Source of the DNA: Saprospiraceae bacterium
GTDB taxonomy: Bacteria; Bacteroidota; Bacteroidia; Chitinophagales; Saprospiraceae
DNA: 64,000 nt
Direction of reading: 5' to 3'
Assembly: GCA_020848695.1 (NCBI GenBank)
Contig: JADLHT010000061.1
Location: forward strand, 35,788-99,787
Shown here: positions 57,017 to 64,000 of the stretch, piece by piece
Position numbering within the stretch: position 1 is the stretch's first letter
How the letters are laid out: every line of letters begins with the position of its first letter
Notes under the pieces: model-generated
What the model was told of the DNA's origin: nothing
Database searches by the model: none
What the model saw: only the letters and a program-made list of their open reading frames with translations
Made by a program: the position numbers and the translations under genes

Positions 57017-59464
57017 ATGAATTTGTCAGTTGATGAAATTTCAAGAATTATTTCAGCGGAAGTTACAGGCTACTGTGAACTTGATAAGAAATTCTGGAGA
57101 ATTGAGATCGACAGTCGGCATATTGTCTATCCGGAAACGAGTATTTTTGTTGCCATCAATGGAGTTCATCACAAAGGCAAAGATTTTATTCCCGGTCTGA
57201 TAAAAAAAGGAGTTAAAGTATTTATTCTGGATGAAAGTATTCAATATCAATCAGAAGTTACTTATCTAAAAGTTCATAACTCATTATTTGCAATTCAAGA
57301 ATTAGCGATTGCCGTTAGGAATAGTTTTAAGATTCCCGTAGTTGCTATAACAGGAAGTAACGGAAAGACGATAATTAAAGAATGGCTGGGTCAAATTCTT
57401 AGTACAAAATACTCGGTATGTAAAAATCCAAAATCATTTAATTCACAATTGGGTGTTGCGTTATCTGTCTTGCAATTGCAGGAAAATCATGAAATCGGTT
57501 TGTTTGAAGCCGGTATTTCACAAGCTCATGAAATGGATAGGTTGGCTCATATTATTCAAGCTACACAAGGTATATTTTCAAATCTGGGTGACGCTCACGA
57601 TTCGGGTTTTATAGATCGGAGTTCTAAGTTAAATGAAAAGCTGAAGCTCTTTGAAACTTGTAAATTTTTCTACTATTGTGGAGATGATGATTTTGTATAT
57701 CAGCAAATTTACAATCAGCCAAATGCAAAATCCTGGGGATTTAAAATTCACAACGAAATTCAGATTGCTTATGTTGATTCTAGTGAAGCTGAAGTTAAAA
57801 TTGTGATTAGCAGAAACAATGAAAAGAAACAATTTCAAATTCCGTTTCAAGATAAAGCCTCTATTGAGAATCTTGTTCCATGTATTTTAACAGCCATTGA
57901 TTTCGGCATTTCAGATTTTGAAATTCAGAAAGTTCTTTATGAATTGAAAGGATTTAAAATGCGATTAGAACGAAAAGATGGAGTAAAAGGTAGCATCCTT
58001 GTTAATGATAGCTATTCGTTGGATGTTAATTCACTCAAACTTTCGTTTCAGTTTGCGGATCGTCAGAGTCAAACCTCTGAAAGGATATTAATCATTTCGG
58101 ATTTTCCAGGGGGAAAAGTTGAGGATAGAAATTATTCTGAATTGTTAGAACTCATTATTAGTTATAATTTCAAGTTAATCTTAACCGTTGGAGAAAGGAT
58201 AAAAATAATTCATCGGCTATTACCTGCAGATTTTAAAAATCGAAATTTTGAATCAACAGAAGATTTAATTCAAAATCTGAATGAATTTAATTTTACCAAC
58301 TCATTAGTTCTTGTTAAAGGTTCAAGAAAATTTCGGTTTGAAAGAATAATCGACGAATTATCATTATCAAATCATGAAAGTATTTTGGAGGTTAATCTTA
58401 AATCTATCGCTCACAATATTTCCGTTTATAAAAAGTATTTGAAACCTGAAACCGAAGTGATTGCTGTTGTGAAAGCGGCAGCTTACGGATCAGGTCATTA
58501 TGAAGTGGCTAAATATTTAGAACATCTTGGAATTAGTATACTAGCAGTTGCTTATCAGGATGAAGCGATACACCTTAGAAGCAAGGGAATTCATTGTCCT
58601 ATAATGGTGATGAATTCAGGCCTGTCTGATTTTGAAAAATTGGCTGATAATAATATTGACGTTGTTATTTTTGATAATCAACAGTTGAGGCGACTCCTTG
58701 AAGAGTTAAGTGATGATAGAGAAGTTCGAATACATATTAAATTGGATTCGGGGATGAATAGATTGGGTTTCAAACCCGATCAGCTTGAAGAATGCATACA
58801 ACTTTTGAAATTCAATAAGTTTCTCAAAGTAGTTAGCATATTCAGCCATTTGTCTGGTAGCGATTCTTCACAATACAAAGAATTTACCAATCAACAATTT
58901 ATTTTATTTAATACCATGTTTAACCAATTGGTTCAGGAATTGAATTACAAACCCAAAGCTCATATACTTAATAGTGGCGGGATCGCTAATCATGCGGACA
59001 AACAAATGGATATGGTTAGACTTGGTATTGGTATGTATGGGATTGATTCGTCACCAATAATTAAATCTCAATTGGAAATTGTTCACCAGTTAAAAACCAG
59101 AATTACCCAAATCAAGACTGTGAACAGTCATGATAAGATTAGCTATAATCTATCAGGTAGTTTAAGAAGCAGTGGTAAAATCGGCGTTCTAAGCATTGGT
59201 TATGCAGATGGCTTGCCAAGATCTGCAGGTAATGAGTATGAGGTAATTGTAAATAATAAGAAATGCCAAATATTAGGACTTGTGTGCATGGATATGTGTA
59301 TGATTGATTTAAGTCAAGTTAAGGATCCTCAGGTTGGAGATGAGGTTGAAGTATTTGGAAAGCAAGCATCTATTGAAGATCTGGCATCCAAAACAAATCG
59401 TATTCCCTATGAGATTTTATGTGGAATTTCTTCTCGTGTAAAGAGAATTTATCTGGAAGAATAA
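57017..59464 (+). CDS. Bifunctional UDP-MurNAc-tripeptide--D-alanyl-D-alanine ligase (MurF-like) / alanine racemase fusion
   Basis: The N-terminal half has the Mur ligase P-loop 'ITGSNGKTIIKEW'. The C-terminal half has the Alr PLP-lysine region 'AVVKAAAYGSGH' and 'PYEILCGIS..RVKRIY'. Confidence 0.85.
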   Translation: MNLSVDEISRIISAEVTGYCELDKKFWRIEIDSRHIVYPETSIFVAINGVHHKGKDFIPGLIKKGVKVFILDESIQYQSEVTYLKVHNSLFAIQELAIAVRNSFKIPVVAITGSNGKTIIKEWLGQILSTKYSVCKNPKSFNSQLGVALSVLQLQENHEIGLFEAGISQAHEMDRLAHIIQATQGIFSNLGDAHDSGFIDRSSKLNEKLKLFETCKFFYYCGDDDFVYQQIYNQPNAKSWGFKIHNEIQIAYVDSSEAEVKIVISRNNEKKQFQIPFQDKASIENLVPCILTAIDFGISDFEIQKVLYELKGFKMRLERKDGVKGSILVNDSYSLDVNSLKLSFQFADRQSQTSERILIISDFPGGKVEDRNYSELLELIISYNFKLILTVGERIKIIHRLLPADFKNRNFESTEDLIQNLNEFNFTNSLVLVKGSRKFRFERIIDELSLSNHESILEVNLKSIAHNISVYKKYLKPETEVIAVVKAAAYGSGHYEVAKYLEHLGISILAVAYQDEAIHLRSKGIHCPIMVMNSGLSDFEKLADNNIDVVIFDNQQLRRLLEELSDDREVRIHIKLDSGMNRLGFKPDQLEECIQLLKFNKFLKVVSIFSHLSGSDSSQYKEFTNQQFILFNTMFNQLVQELNYKPKAHILNSGGIANHADKQMDMVRLGIGMYGIDSSPIIKSQLEIVHQLKTRITQIKTVNSHDKISYNLSGSLRSSGKIGVLSIGYADGLPRSAGNEYEVIVNNKKCQILGLVCMDMCMIDLSQVKDPQVGDEVEVFGKQASIEDLASKTNRIPYEILCGISSRVKRIYLEE

Positions 59465-59567
59465 AATTCCTGTAAATATGGCATGTATTAAAAGTAAAAA
59501 TAAGACAAAATTTCCGAAAAAAATGTCTGGTCAATTTTTTGATAGGATATATAAAAATTGATAACTT

Positions 59568-62303
59568 ATGACATATGAAAATTTTACTTTAAGGGCACAA
59601 GATGCGATTCTCAAAGCACAGCAAATTGCATCAGGAAATAATCAGCAGGTTGTTGAGACTCTTCATTTATGCAAAGGAATAATCGAAACCGATGAACAGT
59701 TATGTAGTTTTCTCTTCGAGAAACTCGGTTCCAATATTGCAAGACTAAAGACAGAAATTGATTCAGAAATTAAAAAATTACCCAAAATTTCCGGTAATGA
59801 AAAGCAGTATCTGTCCAATGATGCCAATCAGGCATTAATACAAGCTAAAAAATTATTAAGTGAATTTGGAGATGAATTTATTTCGCTTGAATTGTTGATT
59901 CTTGGTCTGTTAAAAGTTACTGATAAAACTTCCAAAGTTCTTAAAGACAATAAGATTAATTTTGATGGGATTAAACAAGGAATACTTGATCTTAGAAAAG
60001 GAAAAAAGGTTAATGATGCCAGTAGTGACAGTACCTACAATTCTTTGCTGAAATATGCCGTTAATCTTAATGCCAATGCGGAGAATGGAAAACTGGATCC
60101 AATCATCGGTCGTGACGAGGAAATTAGAAGAATTCTGCATATTCTCTCAAGAAGAAAAAAGAACAATCCGATACTTATTGGAGAAGCCGGAGTTGGTAAG
60201 ACAGCCATCATTGAAGGAATTGCATGGCGAATTGTTAAAAGCGATGTTCCTGAAAATTTAAAATCCAAAAAAATTTTTGCTCTAGATATAGCAGCGTTGA
60301 TTGCGGGAGCAAAGTATAAAGGAGAATTTGAAGAGAGACTAAAAGCAGTCATTAAAGAAGTTGAAGAGTCCAACGGTAATATAGTTTTATTCATTGATGA
60401 AATACATACCTTAGTTGGTGCAGGAGGAGGTTCAGGATCCATCGATGCGGCTAATATTTTGAAGCCCGCTTTAGCAAGAGGTGATATCCATACCATTGGA
60501 GCAACCACCCTTGACGAGTACCAGAAATATTTTGAAAGTGACAAGGCATTGGTGAGAAGATTTCAACCAGTTATGATTGATGAACCTTCTGTAGAAGATA
60601 CAATCTCTATATTAAGAGGCGTACAGGATAAATATGAAGTTTACCATAAAGTTGCAATCCAGGATGAAGCACTTGTTGCGGCAACCAATCTTTCGCATCG
60701 TTACATTACAGATAGACAGTTGCCCGATAAAGCCATTGATCTGATCGATGAAGCTTCTGCAAAATTGAGACTTGAGTTAGACAGTGTTCCGGAGGAAGTG
60801 GATGAATGGGAAAGAAAGGTGCGTCAGCTTGAAGTTGAAAAGGAAGCTGTCAAAAGAGAAAACGAAAAGAATAAAGTAAAAGTAATAGAAGAGCAACTGG
60901 CAAATGCCAAAGAAAAATTAAACTCAATTACTGCCAGTTGGCAAGCAGAAAAACAAATCGTTGATGAAATACAAAGTAAGAAGAAGAGAATCGACGAAAT
61001 CAATATTGAAATAGATAGAGCTTACAGAGAATCAGATTTTGGAAAGGTTGCACAGTTGAAGTATGGTGATCTTAAAGCTCAGGAGGAAGAGCTTAAATCT
61101 GCTGAAGTAAAATTAAATAACTTACCTGAAGAAACCCGATTTACCTCTGATACAGTTACTGCCAATGATATAGCTGAAGTAGTAAGCAAATGGACTGGAA
61201 TTCCATTGCAGAAAATGCTTCAGACTGAAAGAGAAAAGTTGTTGCATCTTGAAAAAGAGATCGGTATTCGGGTAATTGGTCAGTCAGAAGCAGTATCTGC
61301 AGTTTCTGATGCAGTACGCAGATCAAGAGCAGGATTACAGGATCCTAATCGACCTATCGGATCATTTATTTTTTTAGGACCTACAGGAGTAGGAAAAACA
61401 GAATTGGCAAAAGCCCTTGCACAAGCATTATTTGATGATGAAAAAGCAATGACCCGAATTGATATGAGTGAATACATGGAATCCCATTCTGTGTCAAAAC
61501 TCTTAGGTGCTCCTCCCGGATACATTGGATATGATGAAGGTGGACAATTAACAGAAGCAGTTCGAACTAAACCATATTCGATTATTTTATTAGATGAAAT
61601 TGAAAAAGCACATCATGATATTTTTAATATTCTTCTACAAGTCTTGGATGATGGAAGATTAACAGATAGTAAAGGACGTGTTGTTAATTTTAAAAATACA
61701 ATTATTATTATGACCTCCAATTTGGGTTCGGACATCATTCTTGAAAATTTTGAGGATCTTGAAGCCATGGGGGATAAGCACAGAATAGAAATATTAGAAA
61801 CTACAAAAATTGAAGTTTTCAATAAGCTGAAGGAAAGTGTTAGACCTGAATTTTTAAACAGGATTGATGATAAAATAATGTTTTTGCCACTGAGTAAATC
61901 GGAAATTAAAAGGATCGCACAAATTCAGGTAGGTGCTTTAACAAAAAATCTACTTTCTCAGGGGTTACAATTGGAATTGAGCGATAGGGCTCTTAATCTT
62001 TTATCAGACTTAGGGTATGATCCACAGTTTGGCGCAAGACCTTTAAAGAGAGTAATTCAAAAAGAAATCGTCAATGAGCTGGCAAAAATTTTATTGTCCA
62101 ATGAAGTCATTCCGGATTCTATGATTAAGATAGATGCAGATCAGAAAGGTTTTCTTTTTAATGGAAGATCAATGGGAATTGTAAATTTTGCATTGTCAGA
62201 CGATAGAAAATCGAAATTAAATGATCTGACTAAAGCTACAGAAGATGTTGAAAAGAGTTTGAAAGACTTGAATTCAGAGGATCCGAAAGAAGAAAACGAT
62301 TAA
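59568..62303 (+). CDS. clpB: ATP-dependent chaperone ClpB
   Basis: It has two AAA+ modules with Walker A sequences 'GEAGVGKT' and 'GPTGVGKT'. A coiled-coil middle domain lies between them, and the signature 'GARPLKRVIQ' is present. Confidence 0.95.
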   Translation: MTYENFTLRAQDAILKAQQIASGNNQQVVETLHLCKGIIETDEQLCSFLFEKLGSNIARLKTEIDSEIKKLPKISGNEKQYLSNDANQALIQAKKLLSEFGDEFISLELLILGLLKVTDKTSKVLKDNKINFDGIKQGILDLRKGKKVNDASSDSTYNSLLKYAVNLNANAENGKLDPIIGRDEEIRRILHILSRRKKNNPILIGEAGVGKTAIIEGIAWRIVKSDVPENLKSKKIFALDIAALIAGAKYKGEFEERLKAVIKEVEESNGNIVLFIDEIHTLVGAGGGSGSIDAANILKPALARGDIHTIGATTLDEYQKYFESDKALVRRFQPVMIDEPSVEDTISILRGVQDKYEVYHKVAIQDEALVAATNLSHRYITDRQLPDKAIDLIDEASAKLRLELDSVPEEVDEWERKVRQLEVEKEAVKRENEKNKVKVIEEQLANAKEKLNSITASWQAEKQIVDEIQSKKKRIDEINIEIDRAYRESDFGKVAQLKYGDLKAQEEELKSAEVKLNNLPEETRFTSDTVTANDIAEVVSKWTGIPLQKMLQTEREKLLHLEKEIGIRVIGQSEAVSAVSDAVRRSRAGLQDPNRPIGSFIFLGPTGVGKTELAKALAQALFDDEKAMTRIDMSEYMESHSVSKLLGAPPGYIGYDEGGQLTEAVRTKPYSIILLDEIEKAHHDIFNILLQVLDDGRLTDSKGRVVNFKNTIIIMTSNLGSDIILENFEDLEAMGDKHRIEILETTKIEVFNKLKESVRPEFLNRIDDKIMFLPLSKSEIKRIAQIQVGALTKNLLSQGLQLELSDRALNLLSDLGYDPQFGARPLKRVIQKEIVNELAKILLSNEVIPDSMIKIDADQKGFLFNGRSMGIVNFALSDDRKSKLNDLTKATEDVEKSLKDLNSEDPKEEND

Positions 62304-62373
62304 ATATTGATTAAAAGATGAGATAATTAGAATAACTTTCGACCTTATTCGTTATTTGTAAGTCCCGGATTGT

Positions 62374-64000
62374 ATGAAGTTATTCATTTTATTATTTGTT
62401 CCTATAGTTTTGTTTTCTCAATCAGAGTTGCGCATTGGAGAATGGCAAAATCAGATACCTTATAATAATGGTATAAAAATTACACAAAGCGAAGAAGCCA
62501 TTTACTATGCAACAGATTTGGCAGTATTAAAAATACTAAAGAATGATTTAAGTACAACTAAAGTAAGTACAACTGAAGGATTGTCAGGATCTAAAATAAG
62601 TGCGATATTTTTTCATAAGAATACTAATACTCTTGTCATTGCATATTCTGATGGCTTGATTGATTTAGTCAGTGAAGATGATGTTACTGCCATTCCCTTT
62701 ATAAAAATCTATAATAATATTCCAATACTTAAAAATATTAATACTATTAGTTATAAGGATGAGGAAAGCGTTTTTATAAGTGCAGATTTTGGTTTGATCT
62801 CTTTGAATCTGATAAATCAATTGGTAGAGTTTACTGTATTTACCAATAGTATAAAAATTAAAAATACCATTAAATTTGGTAATACTTTCTATTGTGCATC
62901 CACTTCAGGTGTTTATTCTTACAATTTGAATGCCGGGAATCTGGTTGAAGATTTTTCAAATTGGAAATTACTCGGTAATTCTGATGGCTTGGACCCTACT
63001 GATTCATACAATCAGGTGTTTGTACATAAAGGTAATATATTTATCTTGGGGAATGAGATGCTTTATGAATGGAAAGGGATGAAGTTTGAGTCATTAAGAT
63101 CCATGAACGGATTTGTTTTCTTACATGCAGCGGCTGATGGAAATGATATCATCCTTAGTCTTAAATATATTGCAAGTAATGAGAATGTACTATTGATTTA
63201 TCGTAATAATTTTGATTGGATTGAGTATAAATCGAATTGCGTAACACAATGTACGGAAACTATACAGGATGAGCTGAATAGAATTTGGACAGCTGACCCT
63301 CGTTTTGGATTTAGATATATAACCGATCTTACAAATGAATGTCAGACTATTAATATTTCAGGACCTTATAACAATAATGTTTTTTCAATAAGTTCCTTGC
63401 AAGATGCAAGCTATATAGCAAGTGGTGGATGGGATGAAACCTATACTTACCTTTCGAGGAAAGACGGCGTATTTAGATACTCTAATAAGCAGTGGGATTT
63501 TCTCAATTTTTCCTCAGTTGAATTCTTTAAGATCAACGATATAAGAGATATCCTTAGAGTGGCAGAGAACAAGGATAAGAACAAACTCTATTTTGCGAGC
63601 TTTCAACAAGGATTAATACAATATGATAAAGTAAAAGAGGAATATACTTTGTTTAATAAGCTGAATACCGGAGGAAAATTAGGTGAGGCTGTAGGGGATC
63701 CCGGAAAAGTGAGAATTTCCGGATTAGATTTTGATGATAAGGAAGAGAAACTTTGGTTAAGCAATTACTTAGCAGCAAAACCAATTGTATCAGTTGATAA
63801 AAATGGCAATTGGGAATCATTTGCTTTGCCAAGTTCGATCTCAACCCAAATAATAAATATTACAGTTGATCATAATGGATATAAATGGTTAGTCCTTCGC
63901 GACGGATTGGCAGTTTTTGATGAGGGAATTTCTACGAGTTCCACAGATGATCGGTTTATTGTTTTAAATTCATCAAACACAAATATTACATCCAACATTA
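62374..64000 (+). CDS. Secreted two-component-regulator-propeller-type beta-propeller protein, PorZ-like (3' end lies outside the window)
   Basis: This ORF is not in the track because it runs off the window. I translated it by hand from the ATG at 62374 and found no stop through 64000. It has the signal peptide 'MKLFILLFVPIVLFSQ'. 'EGLSGSKISAIFFHKNTNTLVIAYSDGLIDLV', 'VFISADFGLISLNL' and 'GYKWLVLRDGLAVFDEG' fit my recollection of the PorZ/Reg_prop N-terminal pattern. Confidence 0.55.
   Translation, partial: MKLFILLFVPIVLFSQSELRIGEWQNQIPYNNGIKITQSEEAIYYATDLAVLKILKNDLSTTKVSTTEGLSGSKISAIFFHKNTNTLVIAYSDGLIDLVSEDDVTAIPFIKIYNNIPILKNINTISYKDEESVFISADFGLISLNLINQLVEFTVFTNSIKIKNTIKFGNTFYCASTSGVYSYNLNAGNLVEDFSNWKLLGNSDGLDPTDSYNQVFVHKGNIFILGNEMLYEWKGMKFESLRSMNGFVFLHAAADGNDIILSLKYIASNENVLLIYRNNFDWIEYKSNCVTQCTETIQDELNRIWTADPRFGFRYITDLTNECQTINISGPYNNNVFSISSLQDASYIASGGWDETYTYLSRKDGVFRYSNKQWDFLNFSSVEFFKINDIRDILRVAENKDKNKLYFASFQQGLIQYDKVKEEYTLFNKLNTGGKLGEAVGDPGKVRISGLDFDDKEEKLWLSNYLAAKPIVSVDKNGNWESFALPSSISTQIINITVDHNGYKWLVLRDGLAVFDEGISTSSTDDRFIVLNSSNTNITSNI

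Noticed and set aside
60035-60544. A 169-aa ORF antisense to clpB. Similar nested or antisense track ORFs include 4970-5290, 9632-9829, 10044-10334, 14139-14363, 27468-27812, 33576-33902, 37326-37550, 41497-41820, 44789-45034, 51839-52180, 55589-55876 and 61280-61525.
   Set aside because: All lie entirely inside, and opposite to or out of frame with, long ORFs that have strong family motifs. Their translations are low-complexity with no recognisable motifs, which is typical of shadow ORFs.
1-64000. A search for CRISPR arrays, tRNA/rRNA/tmRNA genes, integrases, toxin-antitoxin pairs and restriction or defence genes.
   Set aside because: All intergenic regions longer than 100 bp were read. They are AT-rich, with no cloverleaf-compatible G+C-rich segments and no regularly spaced repeats. 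No ORF shows integrase, RT, nuclease or defence-type motifs that I could recognise.

Overview
This is a low-G+C, gene-dense chromosomal segment from a Bacteroidota genome. The phylum call rests on type IX secretion (T9SS) C-terminal sorting domains, a SusC/SusD pair, a GLPGLI protein, TAnnTTTG-type promoter motifs and a MurF-Alr fusion; family or genus cannot be determined by eye. I support about 47 protein-coding genes. Most are housekeeping: comM (partial), ahcY, crcB, metG, rsmG, panC, a split transketolase, rlmD, a fadD-like ligase, purD, murF/alr and clpB. The accessory content is as follows. (1) An ArsR-ArsM arsenic-methylation module. (2) A 1669-aa C25-peptidase, PorU-like sortase gene lying directly against a glycan-biosynthesis block (FemAB/GNAT-like, alpha/alpha-toroid, Wzx flippase, AsnB-like PP-loop enzyme, two GT4-like transferases). 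(3) An outer-membrane barrel, GLPGLI and DUF2279 trio. (4) Several T9SS cargo proteins, one of which looks like a C25-like pseudopeptidase carrying SprB repeats. (5) A cluster of uncharacterised envelope proteins with a shared bipartite promoter-like motif. (6) A frameshifted N-terminal remnant of an IS5-like (DUF772) transposase plus a 32-bp tandem repeat, immediately upstream of an orphan SusC/SusD pair. (7) A partial PorZ-like beta-propeller gene at the 3' edge. I found no rRNA, tRNA, CRISPR array or intact mobile element. The most interesting hypothesis is that 13.4-25.8 kb is a self-contained sortase plus anchor-glycan locus for a second T9SS sorting branch. All functional calls come from reading translated motifs by eye; no database search was run.
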